Assembly: GCA_963777315.1 (NCBI GenBank)
Contig: CAVZQC010000006.1
Coordinates: 82,555 to 146,554 of the forward strand
Length of the DNA: 64,000 nucleotides
Origin: Vulcanimicrobiota bacterium
GTDB taxonomy: Bacteria > Vulcanimicrobiota > Vulcanimicrobiia > Vulcanimicrobiales > Vulcanimicrobiaceae
Direction: 5' to 3'
How positions within the stretch are numbered: position 1 is the stretch's first letter; every line of letters begins with the position of its first letter. Position numbers and translations under genes: made by a program. Positions 39,946 to 50,080 of this stretch are shown here, piece by piece. The notes below the pieces were generated by a model. That model did not search any database. It was not told the origin of the DNA and worked only from the letters and a program-made list of their open reading frames with translations.

Positions 39946-40532
39946 TGCAGCGTAATGGGGACCGTCGAACTAACGGCCTGCCCGCCGGCGTTACGCGCGA
40001 TCACTTGGACTGCGTACGTTCGATGCAGAAAGAACGGCAGCGAAGGCACGCGATACGTCAGCGCAAAGCGGCCCACGCCAATCTTTTGCATATGCGCCGC
40101 GTACCCGCCGACGCGCGCCTCCACGCTGGCGACGTTCGACGACGTCAGCACGATGCCGGAAAGGACTTGGCCCGCGTGCGCAACGGGTGCGCTCAACGAC
40201 ATCGCAAGGATGCGCGGAGGTTCCGCGGGCGAAGCTCGAACGACGGGCGGCACGCTCGCGGACGGCGCCAAGGTAACGGAAGCGTCCGGTGCGGACGACA
40301 CGGGCGCCGCAGTGCTTTGCGCGGCGGAGGACGGCTGCACGGGCACGTACACGACCGGACCGGGTGTCTTCGCCGGAGTCGCGGTCGGCACAGCCGTGAC
40401 GGCTTGGACGGGCGCCGGTGCCGCCGTACCGGGCCTCCCGATGTGGCTGTACCACTCCAAGGCGACCACGGCGCACGCAACGATCAGCGCAGCGGCAAAG
40501 CCGGCGGCGGTGCGGCTATCCATCATCTTCAT
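39942..40532 (-). CDS. Membrane-anchored Pro/Ala-rich protein with an Ig-like domain (paralog 2)
   Basis: PPRILAM..SGIVLTSSNVASV..PFFLHRTY. Confidence 0.65.
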   Translation of the reverse strand: MKMMDSRTAAGFAAALIVACAVVALEWYSHIGRPGTAAPAPVQAVTAVPTATPAKTPGPVVYVPVQPSSAAQSTAAPVSSAPDASVTLAPSASVPPVVRASPAEPPRILAMSLSAPVAHAGQVLSGIVLTSSNVASVEARVGGYAAHMQKIGVGRFALTYRVPSLPFFLHRTYAVQVIARNAGGQAVSSTVPITLQ

Positions 40533-40611
40533 CTACTTCGGCCAACGGTCGGCCGATACACAACCGTTCCCTGCACGAAAAGTCTCCGCGTCCGGCGAAC
40601 GCAAGGCCGGA

Positions 40612-41589
40612 ATGGCCGTTACCGCACCGCCGGCCCCTACGCTCAGCGTCGTCGTTCCCCTGTATAACGAAGAGGGAAACGTCGCGCCGCTGCTCGAGCG
40701 AATCGCCGGCATCGTCGAGCGTTTGCCCGGTGCGCCGCCATACGAAATCGTGCTGGTGAACGACGGCAGCACCGATCGCACCCAGGTGCGTATTCGCGAA
40801 CAACTCCTGCGCCGGCCCAATCTCGTCTTGGTCAATCTGTCGCGCAACTTCGGCCATCAACTGGCCGCGACGGCAGGCCTGGACGCCGCGCGCGGCGAGG
40901 CCGTCATTCTGATGGACGGCGACCTGCAGGATCCGCCCGAACTGATCGAGCGGTTCGTGGAAAGCTGGCGGCAAGGCAGCGACGTAGTTTACGCGGTGCG
41001 GCGTTCGCGCAAAGGCGAAAGCATTTTCAAACTGCTGACCGCGCGGGTCTTCTATCGTACGATCAAGCGACTCACGAACGTTTCGATTCCGGTCGATACC
41101 GGCGATTTCCGGCTCATGAGCCGCCGCGTCGTCGAGGCGCTCAAGTCATCGCGCGAACGTCACCGTTTTCTGCGCGGGCTGGTCAGTTGGGCGGGCTACG
41201 AGCAGATCGGCATCGAGTACGACCGTCAAGAGCGCTTCTCGGGTTCCACGAAGTACCCGCTGCGCAAAATGCTCACGTTTGCGATAGACGGCATCACGTC
41301 GTTTTCGGACGTGCCGCTTCGCTTCGCATCGTACTTGGGCTTCACGGTCAGCACCGCCGCCTTCATCTATGCCCTGATCATCGTCATCTTTCGCGCCTTC
41401 CGGCTCGGAACGCCCGAATACGCGCGCGGCTGGGCGTCCACGATGGTCGTGATTCTGTTTCTGGGGGGCGTGCAGCTGATCGGCATCGGCATTCTGGGCG
41501 AATATCTGGGACGAATCTACGATGAGGTCAAAGCCCGGCCGCTGTATTTGGTGGCCGGAGTCGAACGCAGCAGCGCGGATCAGTCGTAA
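40612..41589 (+). CDS. GtrB/ArnC-like polyprenol-phosphate glycosyltransferase (GT2)
   Basis: PLYNEE, SRNFGHQ, DGDLQDPP, GDFRL and two C-terminal TMs. Confidence 0.92.
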   Translation: MAVTAPPAPTLSVVVPLYNEEGNVAPLLERIAGIVERLPGAPPYEIVLVNDGSTDRTQVRIREQLLRRPNLVLVNLSRNFGHQLAATAGLDAARGEAVILMDGDLQDPPELIERFVESWRQGSDVVYAVRRSRKGESIFKLLTARVFYRTIKRLTNVSIPVDTGDFRLMSRRVVEALKSSRERHRFLRGLVSWAGYEQIGIEYDRQERFSGSTKYPLRKMLTFAIDGITSFSDVPLRFASYLGFTVSTAAFIYALIIVIFRAFRLGTPEYARGWASTMVVILFLGGVQLIGIGILGEYLGRIYDEVKARPLYLVAGVERSSADQS

Positions 41590-42821
41590 AAGAGCGGCGG
41601 AGGTTCGACGGGCCGGTCGCGCAAGGTAAATGCCGAGCTCAATTCGTCTGCGCCCGCACGCTGCGCGCCGTAGGCGTACAGCAGCGTTTGGCCCGGCGTG
41701 ACGCGATCTCCGATGCGCGCCGTAACGCGCAAGCCGCCCAGCGCATCATGCGAACTCAGGTTGCGGGCGGCGTTTCCGAGCCGCACGACGTCGACCGCGC
41801 GCACGTATCCCGCTTCGCGCGCGGGTACGGGCTCCGCGCCGCCGGCATGCATGGCTTCGAACGCCTGCGGATCGCCGTGCTGCGCGCGGATCATCTCCAC
41901 CAGCTTGGCGTAGCCCATGCCGTTGTCGAGAGCGCGCGCGACCCGGGTTTGAGCGTCGTCCAACCCGCATTCCTCCACGAGCGCGGCGGCTATCGCGAGC
42001 ACGACTTCGCGCGCGCGCGAATCGCCCGCTCCGCGTAGAAAATCGCGCGCTTCGATCGCTTCCAATCCCGGACCGATGCAGCGCCCCAGCGGCTGGTTCA
42101 TGTCCGTGACGAACGCGCGCGCGCGCCGGCCGAAACGTCCGGCGATTTCGACGAGCAGGCGCGCCAGCTCGCGCGCCTCCCGTGCATGCGGCACGAACGA
42201 CGCGGCGCCGGTCTTTACGTCGAACACGAACGCGTCCGCGCCGCCCGCTATCTTCTTTGAAACGATCGATGCGGCGATCAATCCCGTTGCCGGAACCGTC
42301 GCGGTGCGGTCGCGCAACCGGTAGATGCGCTTGTCCGCCGGGACGATCTCGTCGCTTTGCGCGGCGATGGCGCAGCCGACGCCGCGCACCTGCGCGACGA
42401 ATGCGTGCGGCGTCATAGCAACGCGAAAACCCGGGATGCTCTCGAGCTTGTCGATCGTTCCGCCGGTGTGTCCCAGAGCGCGGCCCGAGAGCTTGGCCAC
42501 GTGCGCACCGCAGGCCGCCGCCAGCGGAACGGCCGCGATCGAAACGAGATCGCTCACGCCGCCGCTGCTGTGCTTGTCGACGACCGGGGTCGAACCTTCA
42601 AACGCGATCGTCGTACCGCTGGCCACCATAGCGCCCGTGAGCGCGTACGATTCGTCGACCGACATGCCGCGCCACACGCATGCCATGCACAACGCAGCCA
42701 TCTGCGCTTCGTCGATCGCTCCGCGCATAAACGCGCTTACGACCGCGGCCCACTCGTGTGGCTGCAGCTCCGCTCCGTCGCGCTTGCGCACGATCAGGGC
42801 CCGCATCGCGCTCTCGTCCAT
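41580..42821 (-). CDS. pdp: Pyrimidine-nucleoside phosphorylase
   Basis: DKHSSGGV, SGRALGHTGGTIDKLESIPG and SIVSKK. Confidence 0.94.
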   Translation of the reverse strand: MDESAMRALIVRKRDGAELQPHEWAAVVSAFMRGAIDEAQMAALCMACVWRGMSVDESYALTGAMVASGTTIAFEGSTPVVDKHSSGGVSDLVSIAAVPLAAACGAHVAKLSGRALGHTGGTIDKLESIPGFRVAMTPHAFVAQVRGVGCAIAAQSDEIVPADKRIYRLRDRTATVPATGLIAASIVSKKIAGGADAFVFDVKTGAASFVPHAREARELARLLVEIAGRFGRRARAFVTDMNQPLGRCIGPGLEAIEARDFLRGAGDSRAREVVLAIAAALVEECGLDDAQTRVARALDNGMGYAKLVEMIRAQHGDPQAFEAMHAGGAEPVPAREAGYVRAVDVVRLGNAARNLSSHDALGGLRVTARIGDRVTPGQTLLYAYGAQRAGADELSSAFTLRDRPVEPPPLFYD

Positions 42822-42863
42822 TGCTGCGTGGATTTCGCACCCCTCCCGGCGAAGCCCGCCCGC

Positions 42864-44138
42864 GTGATCCTCGAGCCGCTCACGGCCATCCTATACGTCG
42901 CGTTTTTTGCCGCGGTCGCGCTCATGACGATGCGCAGGCCGGTGCACGGCGTTTGCATACTGCTGATCGTGCAACCGTTTGCGTTCTATCAGAGCGTGGA
43001 GGCTACCACGATCACGCTCCCCAAGGTGGCGCTGGTGGGCGTGCTGCTGGGCATAGCGGCGTACCGCGACGCGTTCGCGCCGGTGGGCGCGAAAGTACCG
43101 TGGCGGATCCTCACCGCCGGCATGTTCGTGCTCGCTGCAACGATCGTGTCGCTCGCGCACGCGGCGTATCACGGTCCGGTCCTGCGCGAAACGCTCAAAA
43201 CGCTGGAATACATCGTGCTGTTTTGCGTCGTGGTTGCCGCTTATCGCCTAGAACCCAACCGGAGCTCCGTTCGCACGGCGATTCTCGCCACGACGATCGC
43301 CGTGGCACTGCTGGCGCTCGCGCAGGAAGTGCTCGGAGCTCCGTCGGCAATGCTGCTCAACGGACATACGATCCCGCGCATTGCCGGACCACTCGAAGGG
43401 CCAAATCAGCTTGCCGGCTATTTCGACGTCGCATTACCGCTGGCGATGGCGCTTGCCGTGGAAGAGCCGTCGCTGCCGGCCGGCGTGGCGCTGTTCCTGA
43501 TCGCCGTTACCGACGTGCTCACGTTTTCGCGCGGAGGGTCGATCGGCGCGGTTGCCGCGATCGCGACCGTGGCGCTGGTATCGCGCAGAAACTTGCGGCC
43601 GGTTTTTACGGCCTTGGGCGCCGGGCTTGCCGTAGGTTTGGGCGTTGCGGTGTCGTGGGGCATCGTGGCCGACACGATCGGCCTGGAACGCTTTTGGGAT
43701 TTTCGCCAGTCCGACTATGCCGGCGGCGTCGGCACGCGGCCGGAACTCTGGCGCGCGGCATGGACGCTGTGGCGAAACCATCCCCTCTTCGGCGTGGGCG
43801 CGGGGAACTTCGAACGTGAGATCCCGCTCACGGGTTTGCACGGAGTGCGCACGCACGCGAACAGCCTGTACCTGCAAGCGCTGGTCGAGGGCGGCATTCC
43901 GCTGTTCGCGGCAACGCTGTGGCTGGTGTATACGTCGATTGCAACGTTCGCGCGGGAGGCGCTGCGCTCGCCGTTCGTGCTGGCTGCATTTGCGGCGAGC
44001 ATCGCGCTCGCGCTGCACCAAGTGGTCGATTTTCTCACTTTTTATCCCAAGGTCGGAGGCGAATGGTGGATCGCGCTCGCGCTTGGCGCGGCGGAACTTG
44101 CCGCCCTGACTCCCGTGAAACGAGCGGCGTGCGCGTAG
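42864..44138 (+). CDS. O-antigen ligase/Wzy_C-family protein
   Basis: PNQLAG, TFSRG, PLFGVGAGNF and HANSLYLQALVEGG. Confidence 0.87.
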   Translation: MILEPLTAILYVAFFAAVALMTMRRPVHGVCILLIVQPFAFYQSVEATTITLPKVALVGVLLGIAAYRDAFAPVGAKVPWRILTAGMFVLAATIVSLAHAAYHGPVLRETLKTLEYIVLFCVVVAAYRLEPNRSSVRTAILATTIAVALLALAQEVLGAPSAMLLNGHTIPRIAGPLEGPNQLAGYFDVALPLAMALAVEEPSLPAGVALFLIAVTDVLTFSRGGSIGAVAAIATVALVSRRNLRPVFTALGAGLAVGLGVAVSWGIVADTIGLERFWDFRQSDYAGGVGTRPELWRAAWTLWRNHPLFGVGAGNFEREIPLTGLHGVRTHANSLYLQALVEGGIPLFAATLWLVYTSIATFAREALRSPFVLAAFAASIALALHQVVDFLTFYPKVGGEWWIALALGAAELAALTPVKRAACA

Positions 44139-45526
44139 CGGCTTTGGTTCCGGCCGGCTTTGCGATCGGTGCCGGCGCGTGCGCGATCGTGCTGCATTAC
44201 GCGCCGCGCCGCATCGCCGTCGATCTCGCCCAGCCGCTGCCCGTGGTTACGTACTGGCATGGTTTCGGCGCGCTGCTCTGGTTGGTGCTGTTGGTCTCGA
44301 CGGCACTGGCGAGCTGCGGGTACGTAGCAGTGCTCCGAGCGCCGCTTGGGCTGCGGCTGCGTGCGCTCGTCGCGGTCAGCGCAATTGCGTGCGCGGCCGC
44401 CCTTGCGTTTCCAATCGTCTTTTCGAGCGACGTGTACGCATACGCCGGATACGGCGACATGGCGCTGCACGGCATCGATCCGTACGCGCACGTGCACATC
44501 GCGCTGAACGACCCCCTCGCGCGCGCGATGATTTGGCAATGGGGTAATCCCGCCCCGACGTGCGTGTACGGCCCCGCGTTCGTTTGGCTGGCGCAAGCCG
44601 TGGTTTGGGCGCTGCAGTCTTTGGGGGCCGCCGCGCCGCTGTGGGCGTTTCGCGTCCTGGCCTGTGCGGCACTGGTCGCATGCGCGCCGCTGGCGTACGC
44701 AGCGTTCGAACCCTTTTCGCCAAGACATCGTCTGCGCGCCGCGGCCGGCATCGCGCTCAATCCGATTGCGATTTGGAGCTGCGCGGAGGGGCACAACGAC
44801 GCGATCGCGATCGCCTGCATTTTGGCAGGCTTCGCGCTGGTAGTTTACGCGCGCGCCTTTGCGGGAGCCCTGACGATCGCGCTCTGCGCGCTGCTCAAAG
44901 CGCCGGCGCTCGCCGGGGCGGCCGGGTTGGTGCTGTCCTCCTGGAAGCGTCCCGATATTCGTTCGCGCATTACGGCCGGTGCGGGGCTGGGCGTGCTGAT
45001 CGTACTGGCCGTCGCGGTGCCGCTCGAACGGGGCGTGCGCGAGCATTTAGTTCCGGCGGGACATTACGCGCCGCACTTTTCGCCGCAGTACCTGCTGGCA
45101 TGCATCATGCCGTTGCCGCTCGCGGCGGTAATCGTCGCCGGCGCAGCATTCCTTCTGGCGGCGTTCGGCGCTCGCGAATTGCTCGCTCGCAGGCGGCAGG
45201 GAGCAGCGTTCATCGCTTTTGCCGTGTGGGCGGCGGTTCCGAATCCCTATCCGTGGTACGCGCTGTGGATCGTACCGCTTGCATTTTTGGCCACCGACGT
45301 TCGAGCGATGTGGGCCCTGCTGTCGGCGTCGCTGCTGATCGTCGCGCGCTACTACGGCGACGCGACGGCGCCCCTTCCACCGGCGCTCGAGGCGTTCATC
45401 GTCGCGCTGGAATTCGGCCTTCCGTTAGGTCTCATGTGCGCGGCGGTGCGCACGTCGTATGCGCGTCGCGGCCGCCCGGAAAACCGTAGACCGGCCCCTG
45501 ATTTTGCGCCGCTCCGTCTTCGGTGA
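44129..45526 (+). CDS. MptA/MptB-like polyprenol-phosphate-mannose-dependent GT-C
   Basis: SSDVYAY, GIDPY, VYGP, LNP, GHND and YPWY. Confidence 0.78.
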   Translation: MRVAALVPAGFAIGAGACAIVLHYAPRRIAVDLAQPLPVVTYWHGFGALLWLVLLVSTALASCGYVAVLRAPLGLRLRALVAVSAIACAAALAFPIVFSSDVYAYAGYGDMALHGIDPYAHVHIALNDPLARAMIWQWGNPAPTCVYGPAFVWLAQAVVWALQSLGAAAPLWAFRVLACAALVACAPLAYAAFEPFSPRHRLRAAAGIALNPIAIWSCAEGHNDAIAIACILAGFALVVYARAFAGALTIALCALLKAPALAGAAGLVLSSWKRPDIRSRITAGAGLGVLIVLAVAVPLERGVREHLVPAGHYAPHFSPQYLLACIMPLPLAAVIVAGAAFLLAAFGARELLARRRQGAAFIAFAVWAAVPNPYPWYALWIVPLAFLATDVRAMWALLSASLLIVARYYGDATAPLPPALEAFIVALEFGLPLGLMCAAVRTSYARRGRPENRRPAPDFAPLRLR

Positions 45527-45911
45527 CCGAGTCGTACACGCGCTCTTCCCGATCGAGTTCGTTTTGGGCGTCGCGGGCGAGCCGCGCGATTCCCTGCGCC
45601 AGCCGCGTCTTCGCCTGAACCTGCGAGCGGCCGATGCCCTCGACGCTGCCCGCGGAAGCGCGCGCGACGCGCCGCGCGATCGCGCCATGGCCGCGCGCGT
45701 GATCGACCAGACCCGGATCTGCGTTCGGTATCACCGCGCGCGTGCGTTCGACGACGCGAAACACGAGTTTAGCGGACGCGTGATACCCGTGCGCGAGGCG
45801 CTGCATGCGGGCTGGCGAAACGACCGCCTGCAATGCATAAGCCGGGTGCGCGTTGCACCGCGGCGCAGACAGTGCAAGCGTTCCGGACAAGATCGCGATC
45901 GTCGCCAACAA
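45432..45911 (-). CDS. Secreted DUF922-like protein
   Basis: Signal peptide, LVDHARGHGAIA and YDSVTEDG. Confidence 0.5.
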   Translation of the reverse strand: MLATIAILSGTLALSAPRCNAHPAYALQAVVSPARMQRLAHGYHASAKLVFRVVERTRAVIPNADPGLVDHARGHGAIARRVARASAGSVEGIGRSQVQAKTRLAQGIARLARDAQNELDREERVYDSVTEDGAAQNQGPVYGFPGGRDAHTTCAPPRT

Positions 45912-45943
45912 GCAAAAAGTCCCGCCTGAACGAGACTTTTTGC
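45912..45943. terminator. Inverted repeat, probable intrinsic terminator after hsp20
   Basis: GCAAAAAGTC...GACTTTTTGC. Confidence 0.65.
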
Positions 45944-45971
45944 ATAGCGACTGCGGGGTTCCCGCACCGGA

Positions 45972-46364
45972 TTACTTGGTTTTGACTTCGATGCGCTTGG
46001 GCTGCGCTTTCGGAAGCAGCGTCAGCGCCAAGTTGAGCAGGCCGTGCTCGACGTTGGCCTCGATGCCGTCGGCGTCGACGTCTTCCGGAACGGTCAGCGA
46101 ACGCGTGAAGGACCGCTTTTCGTTCTTGCCCGTGACCGTGAGCACGCCGTCTTCGAGCGTTACCTCGATGTCGCCGGGTTTGAATCCGGCCACCGGGATC
46201 TCAACGGCATATCCGGTCTCGGTTCGCATGACCTCGATACCGGCAAATCCGGTCATCGGAGCCAGGAACGTCCGGAACGGGTCGCCTCCCCACAGATCCG
46301 CAAACGGTCTGCCGAGGACGCTGCCGTTGCCGGCGGGCCGATCGCGCTTGAGAAGATCGCTCAT
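45972..46364 (-). CDS. Small heat-shock protein (Hsp20)
   Basis: DIEVTLEDGVLTVTG, SFTRSLTVP, IEANVEHGLL and PKRIEV; GGGAGG RBS. Confidence 0.95.
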   Translation of the reverse strand: MSDLLKRDRPAGNGSVLGRPFADLWGGDPFRTFLAPMTGFAGIEVMRTETGYAVEIPVAGFKPGDIEVTLEDGVLTVTGKNEKRSFTRSLTVPEDVDADGIEANVEHGLLNLALTLLPKAQPKRIEVKTK

Positions 46365-46387
46365 ACTGTGAAAACCTCCCATAAAAT

Positions 46388-46414
46388 TTGGCACTCTCCT
46401 GTAGAGACTGCTAA
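46388..46414. promoter_or_regulatory. CIRCE element (HrcA operator)
   Basis: TTGGCACTC-N9-GACTGCTAA versus consensus TTAGCACTC-N9-GAGTGCTAA; lies upstream of hsp20. Confidence 0.88.
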
Positions 46415-46466
46415 GCCTTAAAACCCGCGGCCCCGAGCGGTGGTTGCATGTTGCGGTTATCATCGA

Positions 46467-49400
46467 ATGGCTGTGAACGCAGAAATCGCCACCTCGCCCG
46501 AGCGTACCGGACCCGCTGACGCCCCGAACGGCGGCCGGTCCATTGCCGGCACGCTGCTGCGGGCGTTGTCCGGCTCGAATGCGGTCGTGTCCGCGCTGAT
46601 TGCGGACCTGCGCCGCGGCGTGGGCGCCTTCGCCCTGCACGAAACGACCGCCGCGGCCCGACCTGCGCTGCTCGCGAGCGTCTACCGGGCGCTGGGAGGC
46701 CAGCTGTTCGTCCTGCTGCCGACGGCCGACGCGGCGGAGCGCATGTTCGCCGACCTCCTGTATTACCTGGAAGAGGATGAGCCCCGCGTCGTTCGCCTTC
46801 TGCGCGCGCGCGAAGAGAGTGCCGGCGCAATCGAGTCGCCCTCCGAACGCAGCGCGCGCATGGCACTGCTGGGCGATCTTGCGGACGGCGCTTCGGGGAT
46901 TTTTTTGGCTCCGCTGGCGGCCCTGCGGCAATACGTCGTACCGCTGGAAACGTTCCAAGGCGCGCGTTTCACGCTTCGCGTGGGCGCGACTCCGGGCTGG
47001 GACGCGGTCATCGAACGCCTCTACCGCTTGGGATATCGCCGCTGCGACGTGGTCAGTGCGGCCGGCGAATATGCCGTTCGCGGCGGGATCCTGGACGTGT
47101 TCGCCGCGTCTGCCCCCACGCCGGCGCGCATCGAATTCTTCGGCGACACGGTGGAAAGCATCCGGCCGTTCGACCTCGAGTCGCAGCGCAGCGGGGGTTC
47201 GCTCGACGAGCTCCAGGTCGTGCCCTGGACCGAAATCCAGCGCGATCCGCAAACGCGCGCGGCAGTCCTGGATCGCTACGCCGGCCCTTCGAACGCGGCG
47301 GCGGCGCTGCGCGGCTATCTCGAATCCGGCGCGGACGTTCCCGACCAGTGGCTGCCGCTGGCATTCGAGCGGCGCGAAACCGCGTTGGACTATCTCGCGC
47401 GAAACGCAACAATCGTCATCGACGAGCCCAGCATGCTGTCCACGATCGAGCGCGCGCTCGACGACGAACGCTCGCGCGAAAACGACGTGCTGCGCTCGAG
47501 TGAAGCGGACGCGAGCACACAAGCACTGCTGGCGGAGATCGATTTGCCGTATCCGCGCCTTGTCGATCTCGCTCCGGCGCTGGCCCGCCATGCGAGCCTG
47601 ATTTTTCCCGCGGGAATCGAGAGCGCGCACGCAGCGGACTGGATGCCGCCGGTCGGCCGAACCGCCGCGCTGGAAACGCGCCCGGCGGATCATTTCAACC
47701 GGCAAATCGATCTCTTCAGCCAATCGCTTCGCGAGTGGGTGAGCGCGGGCGAAACCGTAGTGCTCGTTACGTCGGGAACCGGACGCACGAGCGACGTCGT
47801 TCGCGCGGCAGGCCTGGAGCCGCAACGCTCCGCACCGGCGCAGCTGCGCGACCACGGCAAAACGGTACTGATCGATCAAGGCAGCATCGAGGCCGGATTT
47901 ACGATTCCGCAGCTGCGCTTGCGCGTGCTGGGCGATCGCGAAATCTACGGACAGCCGCCCAAACGCGTGAAACTGCGCGCCGTCAAAGAGGGCGTTCCGG
48001 TCACGCTGGCAGATCTCAAGGTCGGCGATTACGTGGTTCATGCCGTGCACGGCATCGGTCAGTATTTGGGATTGCGCGGCGAAACGATCTTGGGCGCGAC
48101 GCAAGACTATCTGGATTTGCAGTACGCCGGCACGGATCGCATGCTCGTGCCGGTGACGCAGATGCACCAGGTGGCCAAATACGGTGCGGCCGAAAGCGGC
48201 ACGCCGCGGCTTTCCAAGATGGGCGGAGCGGATTGGGCGCGCACCAAATCGCGCGTCAGCGAATCCTTGGCCAGAATAGCCGACGGCTTGGTGCAGCTGT
48301 ACGCCGAACGCGAAATGTCCAAGGGCCACGCGTTTGCGCCCGATACGCCCTGGCAAGCCGAACTCGAAGAGGCGTTTCCCTACGAAGAGACGCCCGACCA
48401 GCGTAAAGCGATCGACGATTCAAAAGCCGACATGGAGCGCGCGCGCCCGATGGATCGCGTCGTCTGCGGCGACGTGGGTTACGGAAAAACCGAGGTCGCC
48501 ATTCGAGCGGCCTTCAAGGCAGTCGCCGACAAAAAGCAGGTCGCGATACTGGTTCCGACCACGCTGCTTGCCGATCAGCACTATCGCAACTTCAGCGCGC
48601 GTTTTGCCGGCTTTCCCATGCAGATCGAAGAGATATCCCGCTTCAAAAGCAAAGCGGAGCAGCGCCGCATCGTGCAAGACCTCGCGCAGGGGAAGGTCGA
48701 CATCGTCATCGGCACGCATCGCCTGCTGCAAAAAGACGTCGCTTTTGCCGATTTGGGCCTGATCGTCGTCGACGAAGAGCAGCGCTTCGGGGTGATGCAT
48801 AAAGAGCGGCTCAAACAGCTGCGGGCGAGCGTCGACGTGCTGACGCTGTCCGCTACGCCCATTCCGCGCACTCTGCACATGTCTTTGATGGGCGTGCGCG
48901 ATCTCTCGCTCATACAAACCGCTCCCAAAAACCGCATGTCGATCAAGACGGTCGTCGTTCCGGCCGGGGACGCGGTCGTGCAGCGCGCCGTAGCCGCGGA
49001 GCTGGACCGCGGCGGCCAAGTCTATTATCTGCACAACCGGATCGAATCGATCCATGCAGTCAAAAACGCGATCGAACGATTGGTGCCGCGTGCGCGCGTC
49101 GCCATCGGGCACGGGCAAATGGAGGAGCGCGAGCTCGAGCCGGTCATGGAGTCGTTCATCGACGGCAAGATCGACGTGCTGGTCGCCACGACGATTATCG
49201 AAAACGGCATCGACATTCCCAACGTGAACACCATCGTCGTCAACGACGCCGACAGATTCGGCTTGGCTCAGCTGTACCAGCTGCGCGGACGCGTCGGGCG
49301 ATCGAACCACCAGGCGTACGCGTATCTGATGTATCAGGCGCACAAGGCCTTGACCGAAGAAGCCAAAGCGCGTCTGGAAGCAATCCGCGAATTCACGCAC

Positions 49401-50018
49401 TTGGGCAGCGGCCTGCAGATCGCTATGCGCGATTTGGAGATTCGCGGCGCAGGCAACCTTTTGGGATCGGCGCAGTCGGGATTCATCGCGTCGGTCGGTT
49501 TCGATACCTACTGCCAACTGCTGGCCGAAGCCATCGCGCAGCGAAAGGGCGAACAGGCCGCACTCGAAGAGCAGCGTGAAGCCGTCATCGACGTCAAAAT
49601 CGACGCCTACGTCCCGAACGACTACATTCCGCAGGCGTCCCAAAAAATCGCGGTGTATCAGCAGCTCGCCAAATCGCGCAGCCAAGAGCAAGTCGAGGAG
49701 ATCGCCGCCGGCGTTCGCGATCGTTTCGGCCCGTTGCCGGTCCCGCTCGAAAATCTGATCGAGATCACCAAGCTGCGCACGATCGCGCTGCACAAGCACA
49801 TCACGCGAGTCGTCGTCGATGAAAAGCGGCTCACGCTCGGCGTGGGGAGCGCCTTCGAGCTGCAGCCCAGCGCAATCGGCCGGTTTCAATCGCTGACCAA
49901 AAATCGCTTCCGTTTCGCCGAGGGGAAGATTCTGGTCGATTTGCCCGCGCTGGCCGCCGGACGCCGCGCGGAAGAAACGTGGATGCCGCTCCTGCGCCGG
50001 CTGCTCGAAGCGATGTGA
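46467..50018 (+). CDS. mfd: Transcription-repair coupling factor
   Basis: RGGILD, GDYVVH, GDVGYGKT, DEEQRFG, ATPIPRT and QLRGRVGR. Confidence 0.98.
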   Translation: MAVNAEIATSPERTGPADAPNGGRSIAGTLLRALSGSNAVVSALIADLRRGVGAFALHETTAAARPALLASVYRALGGQLFVLLPTADAAERMFADLLYYLEEDEPRVVRLLRAREESAGAIESPSERSARMALLGDLADGASGIFLAPLAALRQYVVPLETFQGARFTLRVGATPGWDAVIERLYRLGYRRCDVVSAAGEYAVRGGILDVFAASAPTPARIEFFGDTVESIRPFDLESQRSGGSLDELQVVPWTEIQRDPQTRAAVLDRYAGPSNAAAALRGYLESGADVPDQWLPLAFERRETALDYLARNATIVIDEPSMLSTIERALDDERSRENDVLRSSEADASTQALLAEIDLPYPRLVDLAPALARHASLIFPAGIESAHAADWMPPVGRTAALETRPADHFNRQIDLFSQSLREWVSAGETVVLVTSGTGRTSDVVRAAGLEPQRSAPAQLRDHGKTVLIDQGSIEAGFTIPQLRLRVLGDREIYGQPPKRVKLRAVKEGVPVTLADLKVGDYVVHAVHGIGQYLGLRGETILGATQDYLDLQYAGTDRMLVPVTQMHQVAKYGAAESGTPRLSKMGGADWARTKSRVSESLARIADGLVQLYAEREMSKGHAFAPDTPWQAELEEAFPYEETPDQRKAIDDSKADMERARPMDRVVCGDVGYGKTEVAIRAAFKAVADKKQVAILVPTTLLADQHYRNFSARFAGFPMQIEEISRFKSKAEQRRIVQDLAQGKVDIVIGTHRLLQKDVAFADLGLIVVDEEQRFGVMHKERLKQLRASVDVLTLSATPIPRTLHMSLMGVRDLSLIQTAPKNRMSIKTVVVPAGDAVVQRAVAAELDRGGQVYYLHNRIESIHAVKNAIERLVPRARVAIGHGQMEERELEPVMESFIDGKIDVLVATTIIENGIDIPNVNTIVVNDADRFGLAQLYQLRGRVGRSNHQAYAYLMYQAHKALTEEAKARLEAIREFTHLGSGLQIAMRDLEIRGAGNLLGSAQSGFIASVGFDTYCQLLAEAIAQRKGEQAALEEQREAVIDVKIDAYVPNDYIPQASQKIAVYQQLAKSRSQEQVEEIAAGVRDRFGPLPVPLENLIEITKLRTIALHKHITRVVVDEKRLTLGVGSAFELQPSAIGRFQSLTKNRFRFAEGKILVDLPALAAGRRAEETWMPLLRRLLEAM

Positions 50019-50080
50019 AGGAGCGCGAGCGCCCGCCCCGAAACGGGCGGCGGTTATTTCCCTTGAACTGGAGCTCTAGA

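Noticed and set aside
50030..50060. GC hairpin between mfd and prsA as a terminator
   Set aside because: The stem is plausible but the U-tract is poor.
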